From an uncultured Christensenella sp. (GTDB lineage: Bacteria > Bacillota > Clostridia > Christensenellales > Aristaeellaceae), in contig CAZJCB010000002.1 of the NCBI GenBank assembly GCA_964544245.1, positions 1 through 36,689 of the forward strand: a stretch of DNA of 36,689 bases, written 5' to 3'. The notes under the pieces were generated by a model that made no database searches, was not told where the DNA came from, and saw nothing but the letters and a program-made list of their open reading frames with translations. Positions 10,631-17,957 of this stretch are shown piece after piece. Each line of letters opens with the position of its first letter. Within the stretch, counting starts at the first letter, position 1. Position numbers and translations under genes: made by a program.

Positions 10631-13600
10631 TCAGTAATACAGCCAGTTGGGAAACCATTTCATCACGTCCAGCCAGGCGGTTGATACCCGGACGCCGGAA
10701 AGGTAAGGGAAGAAAGAGATAAACAGCAGCAGCGCCATCACGGGCAGCGCGATCAGCAGGATATGCGCAGCCTTCCTGCTTTTTTCCATAAGGCAGCTGG
10801 TCAGGAGCGTCATGCACAGGATAATGAAAGGGACAGAAGGGAAATAGTGGTAGATGTATGTGCCCCGGGGCACCAGGATCCAGGGCAGGTATTGCGCCGC
10901 GAAAGCGACGAGCAGCATCAGCGGCCGGCTGTCCCACGGTTGAAACAGCTGGCATTTCTCCACGAGCGGTTTCACAAGACCTAAGGATGAAAAAGCCTGC
11001 CAAATCAATATCAATACGACAAAGAGAAGCGCCAGCAGGCCGCCCCACCAGACAAGCGGATTTCCAAAGGAAAGGATGGTGCTTGCCGTTCCGTCCACGA
11101 TGCCGCCGGCATAATAGTACATCGGTTTGATGATCAACGGCCACTCGTACCAGGGAGAACTGAAGGGATGGTCCGCGCCCAAGCCTTTGGAGGAGTGATA
11201 ATCATACATGCCCGTATTGGCGTTGATGACTTTTTGGACTGTCAGCCCGCCCGGCGTGCTGATGAACACCGGGATGTATGAGAGGTAATAGATTACAGCC
11301 GGCACAGCGATAAAGAACACTACGCACCACAGGCAGGCGGCTACCGTTTTTTTCTTCCATTGGTCCCTGAAAATCCCGGCAGCTGTGGCCGTGTCGCCCA
11401 GGGAATCTGTTTCCTGCTCAGCTGTTTTTTTGCAAGCCATGCCGTTGAGCATGGCCTTGGCGACTGTGCAAAAGAACAGGGCCGCAAGCCCCAGGCCGGC
11501 GTAAATGCCTGTCCACTTGCTGGCGATCGCAAACCCCATCATCAAACCGGACAGGAACAGAGGGGGGAGGGATTTCTTCAACGGCAATGAAACGTAATCC
11601 ATTCCCATCCAGCGGAACATGAAGAAGTAGGAGTAAATGATGAAAAGGGTCGCGAAGCTGTCAATGGTCGCGATGCGCGTCTGCGTGAAGTGCATAAAAT
11701 CAAAAGCCATCAACAGCATCGCGAACAACCCAAACCTCTTGCGCCCGGTCAGTTGCTTTCCCAGAAGGTACAGACCCGGCAGCATCAGCACGCCTGCCAG
11801 CGCGCCCGCGAAGCGCCATCCGAAGGGATTCATCCCGAAAACCATCACGCTAAAAGTCATCAGCACCTTGCCCAACGGCGGATGGCTGGTCTCATAAATC
11901 GCACTGGGTTCTTCTCCCGTCAGGGCGTTTCGCTGCTCAAAGGCGGTACGCGCATGGTAAATCTCATCGAAGTACATGCTGTTGAACCAGGTGGGGCCGC
12001 CCTTTAAGGTATCCATTTCGTCAGCCAGCGCCTTAGCATCCGGCGTGATCACCGCCAGCGGAAGGTTCGCACCGGTCTGAGCATCCTGCGCAACCAACTC
12101 AAACAGGGTCAGTTTGGCGCCTGGCGCTGTCAGGCGGACGTATCTGCCTTCCAGTTCCTGTGGATAGGAATAGTAGGAGGTTGAGCCGTCCGGTGACTGG
12201 TAGGCCTGGTTCAGGTAGCGCCAGGCAAAGCAATCCCCGTACTTCACTTGCCCTGGATAGGCTGTCCATTCCTCCCCGTCGGCGCTTGTCTCAAGTGTGA
12301 ACCCGCTGTCCTGCCAATGGATACCGGCATAGAAAAGAACCCTGAACGACCTGGGTCCACCGAGGTCCAGCGTCGCGGATGAGTTTCCGCCACCTGAAAC
12401 CCAGGCAGTCTGAGGCGCGTCCAAAGAACCAAGGTTGACCAGGGCCAGTATGGCGTACAAGGCTGTAACAGCAATAATAATCCAGGCATCTCTCCGGCCA
12501 AATCTGATTTGACGGGGCTGCCTGCGCAGGAACTCGAAGCGGTCTTTGTTTTCCCTTCCTTTTCTTAGGCACAGCGATTCGACAGGTTTGAGAACAGACC
12601 CTGGTCTGGTCAGTACGATGCCCAGATACAGCGCATACCCCGAGACTGGCAGGCTGAATGCAGAGAGCGCGTATTCAAGCCAGCCAGAGTCACTGACGAG
12701 GCTGGCTTCGGGTGCTGACAGGTTCCCGGCACCCCCGCCGATACGGACCCCGCGGTCCAGGGCGACACCGGAATTCAGGAAGCACAACGCGCTTACACAC
12801 AACAACAGGACCAGCAGCCGCCTGTCACGCCTGATCACATAGGCCAGGGTCAGCAGAACAGCCGCCAGGAAAAGGTAGCGCTCGTGCATCATGGTACCCA
12901 GGATGGAGAACAGGGCAAGGAGGACACCGGCAAGCAGCGGCAGGTTCTGTGTGTTTTTTCCCGTGATGTACAACCGGGTTACAAGGAGGAATGCAGAAAC
13001 CATCAGGAGCGTCCCCGTCAGGGACAGGCTCATGGGGGCAAGGACAATCAATGCCGGCAGCAGCACCAGTGCCAATGGGAGCGTGTTCTTCCAGACGTTT
13101 CCCTCCAACACACCATTGGATTTACTCTTCTGAAAATGCATAAGGGCGGCCGGCAGCAGCAAGACCATCAAGCCGGACAACCTCAGCAGGAAGGGAGCTG
13201 TGTCGGCAATCCCGGACCAGTTTTTCCCAAACAGGAAGAAAAGGTTGGTCGCGTTGACAGACGCGTAACTGTAATACCCCATCGTATTTCCATACAGCGA
13301 GATGAGCCAGGAAAAACCGTTCTGCTCGTTGAAAAACGGCAGCACGACCGCAGCGGCAACCGCCAGCGATAGCCCGACGCCGATGAAGAAGTCACGCCAC
13401 TTTCCTTTGTCCCTTCGCCAGACGAAATCCATCACCAGCGCCAGCAACCCAAGCGGCCCAGCCATCAACGCCTGCGGCTTCATCAGCACCGCCAGCACAT
13501 ACACCGGGAGCGCCCAGCGCCAGCGCTTTCCGATAATCAGGAGGACTGCAGCCAGCAGCAGCAGCGACGGCACGCTGTCCGCCTGCCCCCAGGTGGCTCC

Positions 13601-14764
13601 GGTCAGGTAAGGCAGCGGATTGAAAGCGTACAGGGCCGACAGCAGAAGGGCACTGCGGTGGCTGACCCTCTTTGCCGCGACCCTGTACAGCAGGAAGATG
13701 ATTCCCAGGTCAAAGAGCACAGGGGGAAACTTGACCATGAACTCCGTCGCCCCTGTTCCCAGGGCGCGCCCCGTCAGACCCAGCGGCCAGAGGACCAGCA
13801 TATAGCCCGGCGGGTAATCGCTGAATGAACCGCTGATGTAGAATCTCGCGGGGCCAAGTTCCGCCATCAGGTTTGCCCAGGCCGTAAAGCAAGCGATGTC
13901 CACCGGGAACCCCGGAACCTTCCAGGCAAGCAGGAGCCGTGTTAATAGGGCAAGGAGAAGCAGGGACAGCAACTCCCAATGGTTTGCCTTGCCCTTCTGA
14001 GCCAGTTCACGCTCTTGCCCGTTTTCCGCCGCCCTGGCGATGAAGATGAGCAGAAGGACACCCAGTACCATCAATGCAAGCAGCCATGGAGCGGCAGGCG
14101 CGGCCGCCTCGCCTTTATCATTTGAGACGATGCTGTCCGCATACTGGGATTTGTCCCAGCTGCCGATAACAACGCCCTCCGGCGCTTCGCTCAGGGCCAT
14201 CAAGGAAAGCTCGTCAAACTCTGCCGTGCCCTCGGACTCGCCGGAGTAGCCGCCCAACCGGACGAAGAGGGTCACCTCATGCTGTTTCGTCCCTGTCATG
14301 CCGTACAGCTCAACATTTTCCCATCCGCCGGCCGTCTGGAAGACCGGTTCTGAAAACACATAGATGTCCGCAACGGACAGGTTCGCCCCGCGCCCGCCAA
14401 TCGCTTCCGCCCGGATATAGCCGCTGAAGCGGTACAGGGTCTCCGGGTTGACCTTGACTGACTGAAAAAACCGCGCATCATTTGGCGAATGGTTGACAAT
14501 CCTGACGGCTTGCCCGCTTTTCCCCGTTGAGACGGAGAATTCCGTTATGTCCGGGTCATTGACATAGGCTTCGGGAAGCCATCCTTCAGGCAGGCTCTCC
14601 TGGTTGACCGTGTCAAACCCGCTGTTGTCCAGCAGTTCAACCCCAATCTGCGCTGGCTGTGGCTGGCGGCCGAACAGCAGCCAGGCCATCACCGCGATGA
14701 AAATCACTGCGGCGAACATGAAGGCCAGTTTGTTCCTGTTCATACGGTTTCCTTTATTGCTCAT
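10631..14764 (-). CDS. Fused dual GT-C membrane glycosyltransferase (~1377 aa). Order: signal-anchor, CBM-like beta-sandwich, polytopic GT-C-like module, basic linker, TM, discoidin/F5-8-like domain, GT39 (PMT-like) module
   Basis: CBM-like signature LLDNSGFD..EGW..GTAEFDELSL (about nt 14177-14650). Module 1 has many hydrophobic spans with FPVDIACFTAWA..SDYPPGYMLVLWPLG. The linker LRKGRENKDRFEFLRRQPRQIRFGRRD (nt 12488-12568) contains no Met. The discoidin-like region is RSFRVLFYAGIHWQDSGFTLETSADGEEW..GRYVRLTAPGAKLTLFELVA (nt 12083-12409). GT39 hallmarks are MYFDEIYHARTA (Asp-Glu at 11968-11963) and HPFSSPWYEWPL. The chosen start ATG 14764 (MSNKGNRMNRNK) overlaps the yraN stop within ATGAGCAATAA. 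ATG 14743 is also possible. Confidence 0.75.
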   Translation of the reverse strand: MSNKGNRMNRNKLAFMFAAVIFIAVMAWLLFGRQPQPAQIGVELLDNSGFDTVNQESLPEGWLPEAYVNDPDITEFSVSTGKSGQAVRIVNHSPNDARFFQSVKVNPETLYRFSGYIRAEAIGGRGANLSVADIYVFSEPVFQTAGGWENVELYGMTGTKQHEVTLFVRLGGYSGESEGTAEFDELSLMALSEAPEGVVIGSWDKSQYADSIVSNDKGEAAAPAAPWLLALMVLGVLLLIFIARAAENGQERELAQKGKANHWELLSLLLLALLTRLLLAWKVPGFPVDIACFTAWANLMAELGPARFYISGSFSDYPPGYMLVLWPLGLTGRALGTGATEFMVKFPPVLFDLGIIFLLYRVAAKRVSHRSALLLSALYAFNPLPYLTGATWGQADSVPSLLLLAAVLLIIGKRWRWALPVYVLAVLMKPQALMAGPLGLLALVMDFVWRRDKGKWRDFFIGVGLSLAVAAAVVLPFFNEQNGFSWLISLYGNTMGYYSYASVNATNLFFLFGKNWSGIADTAPFLLRLSGLMVLLLPAALMHFQKSKSNGVLEGNVWKNTLPLALVLLPALIVLAPMSLSLTGTLLMVSAFLLVTRLYITGKNTQNLPLLAGVLLALFSILGTMMHERYLFLAAVLLTLAYVIRRDRRLLVLLLCVSALCFLNSGVALDRGVRIGGGAGNLSAPEASLVSDSGWLEYALSAFSLPVSGYALYLGIVLTRPGSVLKPVESLCLRKGRENKDRFEFLRRQPRQIRFGRRDAWIIIAVTALYAILALVNLGSLDAPQTAWVSGGGNSSATLDLGGPRSFRVLFYAGIHWQDSGFTLETSADGEEWTAYPGQVKYGDCFAWRYLNQAYQSPDGSTSYYSYPQELEGRYVRLTAPGAKLTLFELVAQDAQTGANLPLAVITPDAKALADEMDTLKGGPTWFNSMYFDEIYHARTAFEQRNALTGEEPSAIYETSHPPLGKVLMTFSVMVFGMNPFGWRFAGALAGVLMLPGLYLLGKQLTGRKRFGLFAMLLMAFDFMHFTQTRIATIDSFATLFIIYSYFFMFRWMGMDYVSLPLKKSLPPLFLSGLMMGFAIASKWTGIYAGLGLAALFFCTVAKAMLNGMACKKTAEQETDSLGDTATAAGIFRDQWKKKTVAACLWCVVFFIAVPAVIYYLSYIPVFISTPGGLTVQKVINANTGMYDYHSSKGLGADHPFSSPWYEWPLIIKPMYYYAGGIVDGTASTILSFGNPLVWWGGLLALLFVVLILIWQAFSSLGLVKPLVEKCQLFQPWDSRPLMLLVAFAAQYLPWILVPRGTYIYHYFPSVPFIILCMTLLTSCLMEKSRKAAHILLIALPVMALLLFISFFPYLSGVRVSTAWLDVMKWFPNWLYY

Positions 14765-15092
14765 GCAGGATATCCGCGTAATACAGCACGCCGGCGCGTG
14801 TGATTTCCAGGCATCCGACACGGTACAGCCCCGGATGGTCCGACAGGTACGCCTGCACCGCGCTTTTCATCCTCCTGCGCTTTTCTGGCGTAACGCTGGC
14901 CAGGCCTGATCCAAGCCTGCCCTCGGGGCGGTATTTGACCTCAATGAAACAAAGGATTCCCTTGTCACACGCTATGATGTCCACCTCTCCGTGACGGCTG
15001 CGGTACCTGGTCTGGACGATCGAATAGCCCATGCTTTTCAGGTATTCCGCAGCGAACTGCTCACCCAGGAGCCCCGACTGATGCTGTGTCAT
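14754..15092 (-). CDS. yraN: YraN family (UPF0102) endonuclease-like protein
   Basis: GEQFAAEYLKSMGYSIVQTRYRSRHGEVDIIACDKGILCFIEVKYR matches the YraN/PD-(D/E)xK-like core. ATGA overlap with the rnhB stop. Confidence 0.85.
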   Translation of the reverse strand: MTQHQSGLLGEQFAAEYLKSMGYSIVQTRYRSRHGEVDIIACDKGILCFIEVKYRPEGRLGSGLASVTPEKRRRMKSAVQAYLSDHPGLYRVGCLEITRAGVLYYADILHEQ

Positions 15093-15715
15093 CTGTTCAG
15101 GATGCCGCCCAGGAAACTCAGGCGATGTTCCGGGCAGGGGCCGAAAACCCGGATCGCATCCATGTGCGTCTTTGTACCGTAACCTTTGTGCCGGGCAAAG
15201 CCATAAGCAGGATAGCGCTCATCCAGCATTCTCATCTCTCTGTCCCGGGTGACTTTGGCGATGATGGAAGCCGCGGCAATGGAGTAACTGCTTGAGTCAC
15301 CGCGGATAATGGGCCTCTCTACGCCTTCAAGCCCGATGTTTGTGACCGCGTCGATCAGAAACATCCCGGTCGGTGCGCCATGGGCGGCGCGACGCATGGC
15401 AAGTTTGGTCGCCTGTAGGATGTTTATCGCGTCAATTTCCCGTGCTTCCGCCCGGCCTGTTCCGACAAACAGCGCGTGCAGGCTGATTTCTTCAAACAGA
15501 TCTTCCCGCCTTCGCTCTGAAATCCCCTTGGAATCATAGACTCGGTGGATGCGGGGCGAGCGCGGCATCACCACGCAGGCAGCCATGACACAGCCAGCCA
15601 GGGGCCCCCGGCCCGCTTCATCAATCCCCGCGAAACATAGGCCTTCTCCCCAAAGCTGCTCGTCATACGCAAAGATCCGCAGGCAGTCCTCACTCCTTGA
15701 CATGCCCGCCTCCAT
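15089..15715 (-). CDS. rnhB: Ribonuclease HII
   Basis: GIDEAGRGPLAGCV catalytic motif, DSKGISERRRE, GDSSSYSIAAASIIAKV. The start could alternatively be ATG 15703. Confidence 0.9.
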   Translation of the reverse strand: MEAGMSRSEDCLRIFAYDEQLWGEGLCFAGIDEAGRGPLAGCVMAACVVMPRSPRIHRVYDSKGISERRREDLFEEISLHALFVGTGRAEAREIDAINILQATKLAMRRAAHGAPTGMFLIDAVTNIGLEGVERPIIRGDSSSYSIAAASIIAKVTRDREMRMLDERYPAYGFARHKGYGTKTHMDAIRVFGPCPEHRLSFLGGILNR

Positions 15716-16553
15716 CAGGGGTCTCCAGCGTTATCCTGCCCAAAAGACCCGCGCGGAACTCGTCAAGCACGCAGGTTGCCCCCCTCTCAAGATCGGCATC
15801 GCCGCCCCTGAGCAGAAACCCGCGGGAGAGGCAGATATCCGCTAAAAGCGCCTGGCCGCGAAGTGCCTTGTCCCTGAGCTGATAACGCCCCGAGACGCCC
15901 TCCGGCGCGATGACCATCAGATCGTCCAGCAGTTTCAGTACGAGATTGTATATGTCCAGCACTTCATCACGCACTGCAGCGATGTATGCCAGCCGCCTTG
16001 CGGCGACAGGATCATCCAGCTTGGGCCAAAGCAAGCCCGGCGTATCCAGCAGTTCAAGAAGGGGCGCAGCCTGTATCCATTGCGGCGCGCGGGTGATGCC
16101 AGGTCTGTCCTGGACCTTGAAAGCAGCGCGGCCCGCCAGCTGGTTGATCAGTGAACTTTTCCCGACGTTGGGCACGCCGAGGATCATCAGGCGGGCAGGT
16201 TTGACCATCCCCCGTTCCTTCGCGCGGCTTAGCTTTTCTGCAGTCAGTTTTTTGAGCGCCTGCAGGATCTGTTGTTTACTCCGGCCTGTCTGTATCCCCA
16301 TCGCGAAAAGCCCGGCTTTCTGAAAGTGACTGAGCCAGCGCCGTGTCTCGTCCGGATCCGCCAGGTCTGATTTGTTCAACAGCAGCAACACCGGCCTGCT
16401 GCCAACCAGGCTTCCCAGCTCTGGATTGCGGCTGGACAGCGGGAGCCGGGCGTCGCAGATCTCAATGACCGCGTCCACGCGTTTCAGTTGGTCCGCAAGC
16501 AATCGCCTGGCTTTCGCCATATGGCCCGGAAACCAGGAAATGTCCTGCTGCAA
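15690..16553 (-). CDS. rbgA: Ribosome biogenesis GTPase A (YlqF/RbgA), circularly permuted GTPase
   Basis: N-terminal ISWFPGHMAKA. G4 NKSDL precedes G1 GVPNVGKSSLIN, then DTPGLLWP. TTG start at 16553 with a GGGAGG SD. Confidence 0.9.
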   Translation of the reverse strand: MQQDISWFPGHMAKARRLLADQLKRVDAVIEICDARLPLSSRNPELGSLVGSRPVLLLLNKSDLADPDETRRWLSHFQKAGLFAMGIQTGRSKQQILQALKKLTAEKLSRAKERGMVKPARLMILGVPNVGKSSLINQLAGRAAFKVQDRPGITRAPQWIQAAPLLELLDTPGLLWPKLDDPVAARRLAYIAAVRDEVLDIYNLVLKLLDDLMVIAPEGVSGRYQLRDKALRGQALLADICLSRGFLLRGGDADLERGATCVLDEFRAGLLGRITLETPDGGGHVKE

Positions 16554-16584
16554 CGCGCGCTATACCTCCCTGACTGATTGGTTA

Positions 16585-16613
16585 AAAATAGCACGGTTTC
16601 CCTCGTAATGCAA
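16585..16613 (-). promoter_or_regulatory. Putative promoter of the rbgA operon (TTGCAT-17 nt-TATTTT with TG extension)
   Basis: Minus strand reads TTGCAT (16613-16608), a 17-nt spacer, then TGCTATTTT (16593-16585), about 30 nt upstream of the rbgA start. Pattern only. Confidence 0.4.
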
Positions 16614-16633
16614 GGGAAGTTAGGCATCTTCGG

Positions 16634-16663
16634 TTGACACCGCTGGGAGGTGGGTGCTAAGAT
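16634..16663 (+). promoter_or_regulatory. Putative promoter of the pheST T-box leader (TTGACA-18 nt-TAAGAT with TG extension)
   Basis: Consensus TTGACA at 16634-16639 and TGCTAAGAT at 16655-16663. Lies back-to-back with the rbgA promoter, 20 bp away. Confidence 0.5.
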
Positions 16664-16667
16664 GGCA

Positions 16668-16894
16668 CATCGGCCGTGAAGAAGGACAACCTCCGGCAAA
16701 GACGCTTCAAAGAGAGGGCGGCGTATGCTGCAAACCGCCTGTGGCGTCCGGGGCATTCACTTCCAAGCCGCCTGGCTGAATAATGAGTAAGCCGGCCGTA
16801 TCCCCGCGTTAAGGGTTCAAGCGCGCAAAGGCGCGAAAATTGGGTGGTACCACGCTCAAACGGCGTCCCATGCTCGGCATGGGGCCTTATTTTT
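16668..16894 (+). promoter_or_regulatory. T-box riboswitch leader (Phe-specific) with intrinsic terminator
   Basis: Conserved T-box sequence AAATTGGGTGGTACCACG at 16837-16854, preceded by the GCGCGC/GCGCG stem III hairpin. Stem I has an AGAGAG bulge (about 16711-16718) and GGCGG/CCGCC distal stem. Phe codons UUC sit in the candidate specifier region at 16756-16758 (followed by A) and 16761-16763. Terminator is CCCATGC-TCG-GCATGGG (16867-16883) followed by a T-rich tail (TTATTTTT within GCCTTATTTTT, 16884-16894). Located directly upstream of pheS. Confidence 0.88.
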
Positions 16895-16905
16895 GGAGGT
16901 TGACA

Positions 16906-17943
16906 ATGCAAAAACGTCTGGATGACCTAAGGGCCGCGGCGCTTGTGGCAGTCGGCGCGGCTCCCGCAGCGGACACGCTCGCCGGGGTCAGGCAGCAGTA
17001 TCTTGGGAAAAAGGGTGAACTGACCCTCATCCTGAAAGAACTGGGAAACCTGGACCCGGAGCAGAGAAAATCGATCGGCAAAGCGGCCAATGATATCAAG
17101 CAGGAGATCAGCGATGCGCTCTCAAAGCGCGAGGAAGCCCTTGTCAGCGAGAGGTCCTGCATTGAAGGGGAAATCGACCTGACCCTCCCGGGCATCAAGC
17201 CCGCCGCAGGTACCCTTCATCCCATCACGCAGATGTGCTACGACCTCAACGACGCTTTCCTCTCCCTCGGGTTCGAAGTGTTCGCAGAAGATGAGATCAC
17301 GAGCGAAAAATATGGTTTTGACAACCTGAATTTCCCGCCTGAACACCCGGCGCGCGACACGATGGACACCTACTGGCTGGCGGGTTCTGAGGGCAAGGCC
17401 GGGGCTGAGCGCCTTTGCCTGCGGCCCCACCTGACAGGGGCCAGCGTCCGGTACCTGATAAAGCATGGAGCGCCGACCCGTTTTGTCTATCCGGGACGTG
17501 TTTACCGAAACGAGAATACTGACGCGCGCCATGAACGCGCATTTTTCCAATATGAAGCGCTCATCGTGGAGAAGGATTTCGCTTTCGCGTCCGGCCAATT
17601 GCTGATGCGGACCATCCTTGAGAAAGTCTTCGGCCGCGAAGTGGAGTTCCGCATGCGCGCGGGGTTTTTCCCCTTTGTTGAACCCGGGTTTGAGATTGAT
17701 ATGAAATGCCTCGTCTGCGGAGGGACAGGCTGCAAGGTGTGCAAACACGTCGGCTGGATCGAAGTGATGCCAGGCGGCACGCCACACCCCAACGTCCTCA
17801 GGGCCGCTGGGCTTGACCCGGATGTCTGGTCAGGCTATTACATCAACATCGGTCTGGACCGCCTGGTGATGATGCGCTACGGCGTTGACGACGTGCGGCT
17901 CTTCCACAGCGCGGACCTGCGCTTTCTGGGACAGTTCAGATAA
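16906..17943 (+). CDS. pheS: Phenylalanine--tRNA ligase alpha subunit
   Basis: FPPEHPARDTMDTYW, GFFPFVEPGFEIDM, GLDRLVMMRYGVDDVR class II motifs. ATG 16906 is preceded by a GGAGG SD. The ORF part 16840-16905 overlaps the T-box terminator and was discarded. Confidence 0.95.
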   Translation: MQKRLDDLRAAALVAVGAAPAADTLAGVRQQYLGKKGELTLILKELGNLDPEQRKSIGKAANDIKQEISDALSKREEALVSERSCIEGEIDLTLPGIKPAAGTLHPITQMCYDLNDAFLSLGFEVFAEDEITSEKYGFDNLNFPPEHPARDTMDTYWLAGSEGKAGAERLCLRPHLTGASVRYLIKHGAPTRFVYPGRVYRNENTDARHERAFFQYEALIVEKDFAFASGQLLMRTILEKVFGREVEFRMRAGFFPFVEPGFEIDMKCLVCGGTGCKVCKHVGWIEVMPGGTPHPNVLRAAGLDPDVWSGYYINIGLDRLVMMRYGVDDVRLFHSADLRFLGQFR

Positions 17944-17957
17944 GGGAGACACAGAAC

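Noticed and set aside
14765-14821. 5' extension of the giant glycosyltransferase ORF (MSDAWKSHAPACCITRISC...)
   Set aside because: It lies wholly inside yraN, is Cys-rich and non-hydrophobic, and precedes a more plausible start (ATG 14764) that overlaps the yraN stop. Comparable ORF-track extensions were trimmed at hslV (4525-4578), deoB (22479-22526), pheS (16840-16905), the THUMP methyltransferase (22532-22576), the flavoprotein (31717-31767) and ribU (25897-25911).
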